Shown: positions 10,436 to 19,977 of the stretch, one piece after another
Layout: each line of letters starts with the position of its first letter
Position numbering within the stretch: position 1 is the stretch's first letter
Assembly (NCBI GenBank): GCA_027623675.1
Contig: JAQBVF010000019.1
Span: 12,746 to 76,745, forward strand
Origin: Chloroflexota bacterium
GTDB taxonomy: Bacteria; Chloroflexota; Dehalococcoidia; Lucifugimonadales; UBA3495
Reading direction: 5' to 3'
Length of the DNA stretch: 64,000 nucleotides
The notes under the pieces: model-generated
The model's input: the letters and a program-made list of their open reading frames with translations, nothing else
Databases searched by the model: none
Told to the model about the DNA's origin: nothing
Made by a program: the position numbers and the translations under genes

Positions 10436-11161
10436 TTACTGGACGCGCCGGTAAACCAGATCGACCAAGCCGGCCGTTCCCGCTGCCGACTGCAGCCGGA
10501 AGACCGCGACATCCCGGGTGTCTCCGGTGATGCCGCCGGGTGTGGTGGACTTTTTGAAGGTCCACAGATACAGGTTGTACTTGTCGCTGATCAACGATTC
10601 AAAGCTGTTCGGCTCCGAATCCATGTACCCGTTGACCACCAGCGTATTGAAGTCGAGGGCCGTGAATTCGGCCAGGAACACCGCCAGGGTAACGTCCTTG
10701 CCGGTCCCGGTGAGCGGGTCGATGATCTGGAACGGTGTTTTGCCGTCTTTCGCGAAGAAAACCACACTCCTCACGCCGTCCGAAACATCGTCGGTGGCTG
10801 GGAACACGGCCGGATAGGCCAGGGTTCCGGCCACGCCAACACCGAAGGCCCTCTCCGGCCATAGCTTGGTGATCTCCTGTGTGACATTGTCGGAGGTGAC
10901 GGCCTTCAATCCCAACACATCATGGTCGAACCGGGAGATGATCCCGACGCCGCCCTGATCGGTGAAGAACTGGTTGGCCGCGTTGAATACCGTATCCGAG
11001 TCGTTCGCTACCTGGGCGTCGCGGCTCTCGTCGGTTGTTCCGGACACCGACGACGTGACGATGCCCGCCAACACGCCTACGATGGCCATCACGGCCAACA
11101 GTTCAATGAGGGTAAAGCCTCGGCTGTTGTTGAGAACAGCATCCCTGATTCTTTGAAACAT
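10436..11161 (-). CDS. type IV pilin / pseudopilin-like protein
   Basis: Class III signal RG|FTLIELLAVMAIVGVLA. Confidence 0.88.
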   Translation of the reverse strand: MFQRIRDAVLNNSRGFTLIELLAVMAIVGVLAGIVTSSVSGTTDESRDAQVANDSDTVFNAANQFFTDQGGVGIISRFDHDVLGLKAVTSDNVTQEITKLWPERAFGVGVAGTLAYPAVFPATDDVSDGVRSVVFFAKDGKTPFQIIDPLTGTGKDVTLAVFLAEFTALDFNTLVVNGYMDSEPNSFESLISDKYNLYLWTFKKSTTPGGITGDTRDVAVFRLQSAAGTAGLVDLVYRRVQ

Positions 11162-11361
11162 CTAGTTTGGTCCCCCGGTCAACCTGAATCTGACGCCGTC
11201 GGTGCGCGGCAAGCAGCCTTCGGTCTGGGTGCATTTCTTAGGGTTCTTGCCCTTAAGGTTAGGCCCGCCGGCCGGAAAAATCGCCGGTGACTGCCTGCAA
11301 TTCGGTTGGGGGAAAACCCGCAACCTGACCGGAACCCGCCAGATGTTTTGGCAAATGGGGG

Positions 11362-12042
11362 TTGAGTTTGACGGCCCCCGCGCACGGTGGTAGATTCTCG
11401 CCAGCCGGGACCAGCCTATCTCCGCCGGGACAGGGGGCCGGCCGGGATTGCTTGATGCCGGGAGATGCGGTGCCAGCCAAAGTTATCTGCAAGACCATCG
11501 ACTTGCTCCAATTTCCCGCGATCGCGGAGTTCATCTGGCATCTGCTAACGAGGGTCAGCCGGCTGACCGAAGACGAGACCGGCGCGGCTAAGCAGGTGCT
11601 TGGGGTTGAGGCCGTCCGGTTCGGCCGGGTCCGGGTGGCGGAAGGCCGGGTCCTGCGCCTGTTTTTCCGGCTGAACGGCTCCAGGGCTTTCACCCTGTTC
11701 CACACTCTCAACCTACCGGCGGAGGGGCGTCACTCCAGGGGAAATCTGGACCTGCTGGTGCACGAGATGGTCCACGTGCGGCAATTTGAATCGGTCGGTA
11801 CGATCTACATCTGGCAGGCTTTGAGGGCGCAAAAGGCCGAGGGATACAGCTACGGCGGTTGGGAAGGCCTGGCTGCCGAAAGGCCGGACGGGAAGCGGTT
11901 CAGCGGGTTCAACCGCGAGCAGCAAGGTCAGATCGCCCAGGACTACTACAACCTGGTCCTAACACCCGGCCTGCCCCAGGAAAACCCGGTCCGGCTGGCA
12001 TACCAGCCGTATATCGAAGACCTGCAGGCTGGAAGCATTTAA
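11362..12042 (+). CDS. HExxH zincin-like protein (DUF4157-like); true start probably later
   Basis: LLVHEMVHVRQF and FNREQQGQIAQDYY. Confidence 0.65.
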   Translation: MSLTAPAHGGRFSPAGTSLSPPGQGAGRDCLMPGDAVPAKVICKTIDLLQFPAIAEFIWHLLTRVSRLTEDETGAAKQVLGVEAVRFGRVRVAEGRVLRLFFRLNGSRAFTLFHTLNLPAEGRHSRGNLDLLVHEMVHVRQFESVGTIYIWQALRAQKAEGYSYGGWEGLAAERPDGKRFSGFNREQQGQIAQDYYNLVLTPGLPQENPVRLAYQPYIEDLQAGSI

Positions 12043-12160
12043 GCGGAACGTCCAAAGCCTGGGCGCCGGTCAAATTGACACGCCCAAGGGCGGATGCTAG
12101 CGTTTACCCCGATGCCCTGGGGCATGCCGAACAGACGACCACCAGACACACGGAGACGAT

Positions 12161-13201
12161 TTGAAGTTTAGTAATTTCCTCTTCCCCGAGAGCAAAACCC
12201 CGGAGGGTGATTTCGACGTCATCGAGGAGTCGCTGCGTGAGGCCGAACTGTCGGAAGAACTGGGCTACGACGTTATCTGGCTGGCGGAGCACCATTTCGA
12301 CGGCGGCTGCGCCTACGTGGACCCGACCACCTTCGCCGCGGCCATCGCCGCCCGCACCACGAAGATCAAGATCGGCTTTGCCGTCGCCCAGATGGCCCTG
12401 CACCATCCCATCAGGTTCGCCGAGCAGATCGCGCTGGTCGACAACATCAGCAAGGGCCGCATGATTGTCGGCGTGGGCCGGGGCACCGCTTACAACTTCT
12501 ACGAGTTCCGGGGGTTCGGCATCGACCCCGACGAAGCCCACGACATGCTGCTGGAAGTGGAAGATATCCTGGTCAAGGCCTGGACCACCAAGAACTACCA
12601 GCACGACGGAAAATACTGGCAGTTGGAATTGCCGGTGCTGCGGCCCCAGGTGTACCAGAAGCCCCATCCGCCGATGATCCGGGCGTGCTCAGGGCTGGAT
12701 TCCACTCTGGAGATGGCACGCGAGGGCCGCCCCTTCATGATGAACGTGCAGAGCGACGAGACCACGTTGGAGCGGATGGACCAGTACCGGGCCACGATGT
12801 CGGAGGCCGGGTTCGACGATGCAACGGTCGCCCGCAACGTGGCCGACTCGTGGGTCTGGCGCAACATCTTCGTGGCTGACACCGACGCCGAAGCCGAGGA
12901 AGTGGGGCTGCGTTACTTCCGCGACATGCGCGTGTATCTGCAGGAGAACCGGAACCGCATGAACACCGCCGGCGAGTTGGCGGCCCAGGCGGCTAGGATC
13001 ACCGGCTCGGCCAGGGACTCGCTGGAACACGGCGTCATCTGCGGCTCGCCCGATACCGTCAGTGAAAGGCTGCGGAAGGTGAACGACAGCGGAGTGGGCG
13101 GAGTGATCATCCATTTCCGCCTGGGCGCCATGCCCTACGACGTGAACGCCCACAGCCTAAGGCTGTTCGCCGAGAAGGTGGCGCCCAACTTCCGAAGCTA
13201 G
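12161..13201 (+). CDS. LLM-class flavin-dependent monooxygenase
   Basis: WLAEHHF, HHPIRFAEQIALVDNISKGR, QKPHPP. Confidence 0.92.
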   Translation: MKFSNFLFPESKTPEGDFDVIEESLREAELSEELGYDVIWLAEHHFDGGCAYVDPTTFAAAIAARTTKIKIGFAVAQMALHHPIRFAEQIALVDNISKGRMIVGVGRGTAYNFYEFRGFGIDPDEAHDMLLEVEDILVKAWTTKNYQHDGKYWQLELPVLRPQVYQKPHPPMIRACSGLDSTLEMAREGRPFMMNVQSDETTLERMDQYRATMSEAGFDDATVARNVADSWVWRNIFVADTDAEAEEVGLRYFRDMRVYLQENRNRMNTAGELAAQAARITGSARDSLEHGVICGSPDTVSERLRKVNDSGVGGVIIHFRLGAMPYDVNAHSLRLFAEKVAPNFRS

Positions 13202-13229
13202 GCGCCCGGCGATTGGTCCTGCGTGGAGG

Positions 13230-13679
13230 CTATTTCAGGCCCAGCAGCTCCACGGCGAACTTGAGGGTGGCGTTGGGTGGAATGACTCCACCGGCGCCCC
13301 GCGCTCCGTAGGCCAGGTCGGGGGGTACGATCAGCTCCACCTTGCCGCCGATATTCATGGTCGCCACGCCTTCGTCCCAGCCCTTGATGACCCGGCCCGC
13401 GCCCAGCGGGAACTCGAACGGCGTGCCCCGGTCAACCGAGCTGTCGAACTTGGTGCCGTCCAGCAGCCAGCCGGTGTAGTGGACCACTGCGGTCTGGCCC
13501 GCAACTGCCTGCTCTCCAGTGCCCACTTCCACTACCGTGATCTGTAAGCCGGATGCCGTGGTGGTTGTTTCTTGATCTGCCACTTTTACCTCTGTGCCTG
13601 GTTCTGATTCGGAGCCGGAGGACGACCCGCATGCGATCCCCACTGTCGCCAGGAACACCAATATCAAGAGCCACCGCAT
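13230..13679 (-). CDS. FKBP-type peptidyl-prolyl isomerase lipoprotein
   Basis: [33 protein letters not shown]. Confidence 0.95.
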   Translation of the reverse strand: MRWLLILVFLATVGIACGSSSGSESEPGTEVKVADQETTTTASGLQITVVEVGTGEQAVAGQTAVVHYTGWLLDGTKFDSSVDRGTPFEFPLGAGRVIKGWDEGVATMNIGGKVELIVPPDLAYGARGAGGVIPPNATLKFAVELLGLK

Positions 13680-13878
13680 GTCGTAAGCCTCCGTCTATAC
13701 CTGAGCCTATACCTGGACCGCGCCTGATGAAGGGCGAGACGCGATTGATCGCGCTCAACTCTTGGCCGGCCGCGCTCAAGATGGTAGCACACCTTTAGCG
13801 CCCGGAGCGCCGGTGGTGTATCGGATTGACCGCATTTGGACTATGATGTCACTTACTTAAATTTCGGAGGATACACCG

Positions 13879-14262
13879 ATGACCGACGATTTCAGACAGC
13901 GGGTAGAGGCTGCCAAGAAGCAGACGAAGTCCGTCACAGTTACCGAATCTCAGAAGCGGCTTGAGGCCAACCCCGCGGCCCTGATAATCGAGACCCGGCT
14001 CCGCGAGAACGTGCCCGTGGAAGAGCAGCACGAGAACGTGGTCTTCCTTTCTGTCGAGGACCTGGACGCTCAGGCAGAAGACCGGTCCAAGCTGGACCCC
14101 CGCTTGGCGGACCCCAACGTGGAGATCATCACGACTTGAAAACTTGGTAATAGGGCCGCCGTCGGCGCCCAGATACTCCAAGACATGGGATTCAACAACG
14201 TGACCTACATGGAAGGCGGCATGGCAGCCTGGAACGAGGCCGGCCTCCCAACAAAGAAGTAA
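13879..14262 (+). CDS. single-domain rhodanese, probable selenoprotein (TGA 14137-14139)
   Basis: IITT-[TGA]-KLGNRAAVGAQILQDMGFNNVTYMEGGMAAWNEAGLP; TGA sits at the active-site Cys of the rhodanese loop. Confidence 0.85.
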
Positions 14263-14329
14263 GAGCCGCTTAATCTGAAAGTAGATTGAATGGTCGAAAC
14301 ATTTATAGAGCCTTGGCAATGCCAAGGCT

Positions 14330-15892
14330 CTATATTATTTTCCCCAGCCTTTCTCGATTGAATCTTCCTGTAGCAGCGAGCAATCCCAGATTGAATCCCG
14401 TATCCCGTTGTTTGTTGGCTTGCGAGGACCACTCCTCGGCCAGACTCTTTAGTTCTTTGGCCGTAATCAACACTAGGTTACGGCCAAAATGCTGGGCGTG
14501 GTAGCGAATCGCTTCGGCTTCAGAATCTTCAGTGAACTCTGGGCCAATCACAAGAAATACTGGCACCGGCTTATCTGCGTGGTTCATGTACCCATCAAAT
14601 TGAGCGATATGGTCTCTCAAATTAACCGGGGATTCTTTAGATTTGTTATCCCACATGAGATAGTTCATCTGTAGGCTCAACAGGCCATCCGGATGAGCGG
14701 TGCCGCGTTGATGTAGGGGGGAATGATTCAGCAATTCCTCGAATAAGTAGGAGGTCGCATCTTCGAATTTAGATTCAATCTCTAGATCCTTGTCGATAAT
14801 GTGTTGGGCACGTAACTTGTCGTGGTCTCGGGCGGCAAGCTCTTCATAAAACTCGTACCAGGCCTCTCGCTCATCAGATTCGGCAACGATTCTGGGGCGA
14901 AGCTGATCAAAGTGCTCAATCACTCTCGCCACCCGTTCTTCAATAGCACCGTAAGCGTTGATGTTCAATTGCCGGCACCAGGTGGTTAGCTGGTCGCTAT
15001 TTAACCCAAACCTTGGGGAGTTGCTGGCGATCGCCTGTGACGCCGGAACATACCTGAGTACCCGTTCAACCAAAGTATCGATGTTGTCGTATCGTCCGAA
15101 CTCCACGTTGGCCCGGCTTAAGATTTCCGTGAGATGCGATTTTCTGCGTAACGGCCGATGCTCCATCAGTTGTCTGTAGCTCTCGCTCCTTAATTCAACC
15201 CCTGCAAACTTCCGAATGTTGATTGCTATCTCTTCTGGAATAATATCAAGGTCTGCGTCACCGTCTTGCCGGACTGAAAACAACAAGCCCAAACCCTGCA
15301 GGTGACGTCTCGCCTCGCCAATCTCAGTCCTCGTGTGAAGCAGATTTGATGCTTTCGGGAACTTCCCGAGTTTGGCCTCAAGAAGGCGGTGGTCGGATTC
15401 TGTGATGCCCAGCCTCGCACGTAGTTTCTTTAAGAGATTAACTTCATCTGCACTTTTGGCATCTTCGTTTTCCCAGGCAACACGTAGGACGAAGAAATAC
15501 AGATCCAAATCGCGATACCTGTGGGTGTCGTCATTTCCTGCCGCCAAATCGGATAGTTCAAGCTCGTTCGACCGATTGACCACCGATTGTTCGAAGGCAA
15601 TCACCTGTTCCTCTGAATGAGAACTTGGCAGTAGAAAATCGTATTGGTCCAACAATACATCAATCAACAAGACGTACGACAGGACTCGGAGGTCATTCCG
15701 AGGATTCTTGTACAACGCCTTTTCAAGATTCCCAGTAACCGTCTGTTCATGAAGGTACTGCGGCTTAACCTTGATTAAAGCCTCACGCAACTCGTCTTCA
15801 GTCAGTTGGCGGTGATCCACTACGTGGGCCCCGGCGATGCGCCGAAGGTCAGTTAATGTGCTAATCGCTTCTACGGCATCTTCGAATTTCAA
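14330..15892 (-). CDS. hypothetical protein with C-terminal PD-(D/E)xK nuclease-like domain
   Basis: 520-aa AT-richer ORF; FE...HPDGLL...WDNKSKE...VFLVIGPEF. Confidence 0.6.
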   Translation of the reverse strand: MKFEDAVEAISTLTDLRRIAGAHVVDHRQLTEDELREALIKVKPQYLHEQTVTGNLEKALYKNPRNDLRVLSYVLLIDVLLDQYDFLLPSSHSEEQVIAFEQSVVNRSNELELSDLAAGNDDTHRYRDLDLYFFVLRVAWENEDAKSADEVNLLKKLRARLGITESDHRLLEAKLGKFPKASNLLHTRTEIGEARRHLQGLGLLFSVRQDGDADLDIIPEEIAINIRKFAGVELRSESYRQLMEHRPLRRKSHLTEILSRANVEFGRYDNIDTLVERVLRYVPASQAIASNSPRFGLNSDQLTTWCRQLNINAYGAIEERVARVIEHFDQLRPRIVAESDEREAWYEFYEELAARDHDKLRAQHIIDKDLEIESKFEDATSYLFEELLNHSPLHQRGTAHPDGLLSLQMNYLMWDNKSKESPVNLRDHIAQFDGYMNHADKPVPVFLVIGPEFTEDSEAEAIRYHAQHFGRNLVLITAKELKSLAEEWSSQANKQRDTGFNLGLLAATGRFNRERLGKII

Positions 15893-16146
15893 CGCTCACC
15901 CTCAAATTATCCACAGTTCGATTCGGTCGGTGCTGTTACCCGATACCAAGAAATGCGATAGTGCCTCCAGAAAACACGGCGATTATATTCTAAGCGTAAC
16001 GGTAATGCACTTCAGCAATGTCCTCGAGGATATATTCCTTTCAAGATCTTTCGTATGAAACTGCCAAATATCTTGTCTTCGACCCGTTTGACGGTCGTGT
16101 CCCTTAGTGTTAGATTTTGCCGAAAGTCTTCCAATGGGGGGTGGCT

Positions 16147-16869
16147 ATGGCCGAGCGTGTCTGGGACAAGTACCTGACTGTTCAGGACCGGGACCATGTG
16201 GCGATGGCGGAGCACAAACCAGTGGGGTTCGGCGAGCGTCCGGCCCTGCTGCTCATCGACCTGTACCGCTGGGCCTTTGGCGACAGGCCCCAGCCCATCT
16301 TGGAAGCCACCAAAGACTGGCCGGCCAGTTGCGGCCTGGCCGCCTGGGACGCGATTCCTCCCATCCAGACGGTGCTGCAAGCCGCCCGGAACGCCGGGAT
16401 CCCCGTGATACACGCCACCGGCCGGGACGATGACGGCCTGGCTGGCTGGAGCACCGGACGCGAGGTCTATGGCAACTCGGACCGCAGCCCGGAAGCCCTG
16501 GAGCGTCGGAACCGGCGTAACGACATCATCGACGAAGTAGCGCCCATAGACGGCGAGCCGGTGATGCGCAAGAGCTCGCCAAGCGCCTTCTGGGGCACCC
16601 CCCTCATCGGACATCTGACCGCCCATAACGTGGACACGATCATCGCCGTGGGTGAGACCACCAGCGGCTGCGTCCGCGCCAGCGTGCTGGACGGTTGCAC
16701 CAACCGTTTCCGCATGATCGTGGTCGAGGAGGGGGTGTTCGACCGCCACGAAGCCGCCCACGCCATCAACCTGTTCGACATGAACCAGAAGTACGCCGAT
16801 GTGCTGCCCCTGGCGGATGTCCTGGAATACCTGGGCGAAGTGGGCGCCAGACGGGGCACGGCGGTCTAG
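16147..16869 (+). CDS. isochorismatase / cysteine hydrolase family protein
   Basis: PALLLIDL, KSSPSAFWGT, GETTSGCVRAS. Confidence 0.9.
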   Translation: MAERVWDKYLTVQDRDHVAMAEHKPVGFGERPALLLIDLYRWAFGDRPQPILEATKDWPASCGLAAWDAIPPIQTVLQAARNAGIPVIHATGRDDDGLAGWSTGREVYGNSDRSPEALERRNRRNDIIDEVAPIDGEPVMRKSSPSAFWGTPLIGHLTAHNVDTIIAVGETTSGCVRASVLDGCTNRFRMIVVEEGVFDRHEAAHAINLFDMNQKYADVLPLADVLEYLGEVGARRGTAV

Positions 16870-16968
16870 TATCCGGGTCCGCCCGCTCCGGTTGATTGGG
16901 CGTGCCGCCTGTGGTAAATTAGCTGTAATGATGCTGGCCCAACCGGCCGGCGATGCTTGGAGATTCGA

Positions 16969-17157
16969 ATGGCATATGTTACCCCTCGCGATGGCGAGAA
17001 CCCCGAGAGCCTGGTAAACCGGTTCCGGGCATCGGTCCAGCATTCAGGGATCCTGCGCGAACTGAAGGACCGCCGGTTCTTCCGCTCCAAGGCCCAGAAA
17101 GAGCGCTTGGCCGCCCAGAGGGCCGCACGCCGCCGCCGCCGCCAGAACCGCAGGTAG
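16969..17157 (+). CDS. rpsU: 30S ribosomal protein S21
   Basis: ENPESLVNRFRASVQHSGILRELKDRRFFRSK, Arg-rich tail. Confidence 0.9.
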   Translation: MAYVTPRDGENPESLVNRFRASVQHSGILRELKDRRFFRSKAQKERLAAQRAARRRRRQNRR

Positions 17158-17268
17158 GGCCGTAACCCTGCTCTCATCCGGGAGTGCGCGTGGGAGCACG
17201 TGGCTCCTGGCCATATGGAACAAGAGTTGCACCACCAAGCGGCGGCTTTGCAAGCCACCCGATTCTCG

Positions 17269-17296
17269 AAAGGCCGGTTAGCGGCCTTTTTTGTTT
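17269..17296 (+). terminator. rho-independent terminator after rpsU
   Basis: AAAGGCCG-gttag-CGGCCTTT followed by T tract. Confidence 0.65.
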
Positions 17297-17310
17297 GCCG
17301 CTCAGGCGCG

Positions 17311-17379
17311 TTGACAGCAATTTACACCACTGTTAAATTGGATTGGTTGCCCTTGGCACTTCACCCCGGCGACTACCAA
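17311..17379 (+). promoter_or_regulatory. sigma70 promoter followed by CIRCE-like operator
   Basis: TTGACA-N17-TAAATT (17311-17339); TTGGCACTT-N9-GACTACCAA (17353-17379). Confidence 0.55.
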
Positions 17380-17449
17380 CCCAACCCCGAGCGGCTGACA
17401 ACCGAACTTTAGCGACCGCCAAAGGGTAAGCACCTTCAGGAGATATTCC

Positions 17450-17821
17450 GTGCCTAGATACGATTACCGTTGCGAAAGCTGCAAGACCGAATTTGAACTG
17501 GTGCAGTCCTTCGCCGAAGCTGGAAAAGGCATCTGCCCGGAGTGTTCCGGCGCAGGCCAAAGGGTGTTCCACGCCGTCCCGGTCATCTACAAGGGCAGCG
17601 GTTTCTACACCACCGACTATGGCCGGCCCAAACCGCCGGTGGAGAGCAAGAACGGTTCCAGCGATAGCTCGTCGTCCACTAGTACGTCCGAATCCAAGTC
17701 GGACGCCACAACCAAGCCCTCCAGCGACAGTTCTGATTCGTCCACCAGCAGCTCAAGCAAAAAGTCCTCAGATTCCGGCAGCGCCCCCGCCTCCCCTTCA
17801 ACACCGGCCAGCTCCAGCTAG
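17450..17821 (+). CDS. FmdB family zinc-ribbon protein with Ser-rich tail
   Basis: MPRYDYRCESC...CPEC...YKGSGFYTTDY. Confidence 0.9.
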   Translation: MPRYDYRCESCKTEFELVQSFAEAGKGICPECSGAGQRVFHAVPVIYKGSGFYTTDYGRPKPPVESKNGSSDSSSSTSTSESKSDATTKPSSDSSDSSTSSSSKKSSDSGSAPASPSTPASSS

Positions 17822-17854
17822 GGCGGCCGTGGGCGCTCCCCGGAACCACCTCCC

Positions 17855-18334
17855 ATGAAGGCGTTGATCCAACGGGTAACCAAAGCGTCGGTTGCCGTCG
17901 ATAACGAAATCGCCGGAACGATTGGCCTCGGTCTCGTGATTCTGCTGGGCGTTGCCAAAGAAGACGAAGAGGCCGATGCCCAATACCTGACCGGGAAGAT
18001 AATAAATCTGCGGATTTTCGGTGACGATCAAGGCCGTTTCAACCTCTCCGCCCTGGACATTGGGGCGGAGATCTTAGTTGTGAGCCAGTTCACCCTCTAC
18101 GCGGACACCCGTAAGGGACGGCGTCCCGACTTCAACCAGGCGGCGGGGCCGGAGGACGCCAAGCGGCTCTACGAACACACGGTTCGGCTGTTCCGCGATG
18201 CCGGGTTAACAGTAGCCACGGGCAGGTTCCAAGAGCACATGAAGGTGGAATTGGAGAACGACGGCCCGGTGACCATCATGCTGGACAGCGCCGACCGGCA
18301 GCGCCCCCGTCGTCCTTCGACCAGCTCAGGATGA
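17855..18334 (+). CDS. dtd: D-aminoacyl-tRNA deacylase
   Basis: MKALIQRV, SQFTL, NDGPVT. Confidence 0.95.
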   Translation: MKALIQRVTKASVAVDNEIAGTIGLGLVILLGVAKEDEEADAQYLTGKIINLRIFGDDQGRFNLSALDIGAEILVVSQFTLYADTRKGRRPDFNQAAGPEDAKRLYEHTVRLFRDAGLTVATGRFQEHMKVELENDGPVTIMLDSADRQRPRRPSTSSG

Positions 18335-18338
18335 GCGG
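18312..18338 (+). repeat. REP-like repeat copy
   Basis: GTCCTTCGACCAGCTCAGGATGAGCGG, nearly identical to 36132-36158. Confidence 0.75.
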
Positions 18339-18401
18339 TAAACTCACCGCAGTAAACTCACCGCAGTAAACTCACCGCGGTAAAGTCACCGCGGTAAAGT
18401 C
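18338..18401. repeat. 14-bp tandem repeat, about 4.5 units
   Basis: (GTAAASTCACCGCR)n. Confidence 0.85.
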
Positions 18402-18471
18402 GATTTTGTCGGCTGATGGTGGGCTGGTCGGACCACACGTGTCAGGTTGATTCGAGCATTCAACTAACCCG

Positions 18472-19029
18472 CTACCTGAACCAGCCCATGCCGTGGAAGA
18501 AGCCCCTCAGATAGGCAATCTGCCCGCCGTGGGCCACGGTATCCCAGACCATCTGTCCCATGCACACCGCCACCGTGCGCGGCTCGGCGACCGGGCCCAT
18601 GACGATCTTCCGCTCCAGTTCCTCATCGGTGATGCCGGCCAGGAAGTTCCGGCAGTGGTCCTTCACCGCTTCGTAGTAGCCCAGTTGCACATCTTTGGAC
18701 GGCGGCTGCCATTGGGCAACCTGGGCCGAATTCCAACCCACTCCCCGGTCCTCTTCATCGGCGGGCATGCCAAACTTCTCGTGCCAGCCCTCGGACACCC
18801 ACGCCTGGGTCGAGTCGCGCAGGCGGGTGTGGATGAACATGTCGGTCACCCGGGTCAGGTGCCACAGTATCCAGGCCACGGAGTTGCATTGGTCGGTTGG
18901 CTGGCGCGACAACTGGGCTTCGTCCAGACCCTCCAACGCCCCGTCAATCATCTCCCAATTACGTTCCATCGCCAGGGATACCGGGTCAACTGGGCTAGCC
19001 ATGGGTTCCTCGCTTTGCGCAGCCATCAT
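18472..19029 (-). CDS. DinB family protein
   Basis: NSVAWILWHL...AHGGQIAYLRG. Confidence 0.85.
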   Translation of the reverse strand: MMAAQSEEPMASPVDPVSLAMERNWEMIDGALEGLDEAQLSRQPTDQCNSVAWILWHLTRVTDMFIHTRLRDSTQAWVSEGWHEKFGMPADEEDRGVGWNSAQVAQWQPPSKDVQLGYYEAVKDHCRNFLAGITDEELERKIVMGPVAEPRTVAVCMGQMVWDTVAHGGQIAYLRGFFHGMGWFR

Positions 19030-19058
19030 TGCCGCGATGAAAATCTCTTGATGATTCC

Positions 19059-19913
19059 CTAGTGGATCTCCAGGTCGAGGCTGATGTCCAAGGCGTTCAC
19101 CGAGTGGGTTAGCCCCCCGATCGAGATCAGGTCCACGCCGGTCTCGGCCACCGCCCGAACGGTGTCGTAGGTGATGCCTCCCGAGGCTTCCACGACCGCC
19201 CGATCGCCGATGACCTTCATGGCCTCCGCCATCTCGGGCACCGACATGTTGTCCAGCATTATGATGTGGGCGCCGGCCTCAAGGGCTTCTTGCACCTGGT
19301 CCATGGTTTCCACCTCCACCTCCACCTTGATGGTGTGGGAAGCGCGGGCCAAGGCGAGTTTGATCACGTCTTTCAGGCCCATCTCACGAAAGCGGTTGGC
19401 CTGGATGTGGTTGTCCTTGATCAGGATGCCGTCGGCCAGGTTCAGGCGGTGGTTGTGGCCGCCGCCCATGCGCACCGAGTATTTGTCCAGGTAGCGGTGG
19501 CCGGGAACGGTCTTGCGGGTGTCCACGATCCTGGCCTTCAAGCCCTGGACCGCCTGCACGTATCGGTTGGTGTCGCTGGCGATACCGCTCATCCGTTGCA
19601 TGAAGTTGAGCGCTATCCGCTCCGCCCGCAGTATGCCCGCCGCCGAACCGCGGACCACGGCGATGTCATCCCCGGGGGATAGCGGTGCGCCGTCTTGGAG
19701 TATCGCTTTGGCGTCCAATGTGGAATCCACCCGCAGGAACACTGCAATGGCCACGTCCACCCCGGCCAGCACGCCGTGGGCCTTGGCACGCAACATGCCC
19801 GTGCCCTGAATCTCGGGTGGGACCACCGCCTGGGTGGTGGGGTCGTTGAAGGTCTGGTCCTCGGCGACCGCTGCATCGATCAACGCAAATACGTCTGGGG
19901 GAAACTGGCTCAT
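19059..19913 (-). CDS. nadC: nicotinate-nucleotide diphosphorylase (carboxylating)
   Basis: DTRKTVPG, NHRLNL, IKDNH, IMLDNM, EASGGI. Confidence 0.97.
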   Translation of the reverse strand: MSQFPPDVFALIDAAVAEDQTFNDPTTQAVVPPEIQGTGMLRAKAHGVLAGVDVAIAVFLRVDSTLDAKAILQDGAPLSPGDDIAVVRGSAAGILRAERIALNFMQRMSGIASDTNRYVQAVQGLKARIVDTRKTVPGHRYLDKYSVRMGGGHNHRLNLADGILIKDNHIQANRFREMGLKDVIKLALARASHTIKVEVEVETMDQVQEALEAGAHIIMLDNMSVPEMAEAMKVIGDRAVVEASGGITYDTVRAVAETGVDLISIGGLTHSVNALDISLDLEIH

Positions 19914-19929
19914 GGAGACCCTTCTTCTG

Positions 19930-19977
19930 AGAAAATCGCCTAAGAAAATCGCCTAAGAAAATCAACTAAGAAAATCG
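19930..19977. repeat. 13-bp tandem repeat, about 3.7 units
   Basis: (AGAAAATCGCCTA)n just upstream of nadC. Confidence 0.8.

Noticed and set aside
11165..11340. c-di-GMP riboswitch upstream of the pilin gene
   Set aside because: I could not find the GEMM consensus elements by eye; an Rfam scan would be needed
7479..14139. TGA reassignment to Trp or Gly (genetic code 4 or 25) as the explanation for in-frame TGAs
   Set aside because: All three TGAs sit at catalytic Cys positions, and TGA terminates many intact genes in the window
18338..18401. Tandem repeats here and at 19930-19977 as CRISPR arrays
   Set aside because: Units are 13-14 bp and contiguous with no unique spacers; no cas genes
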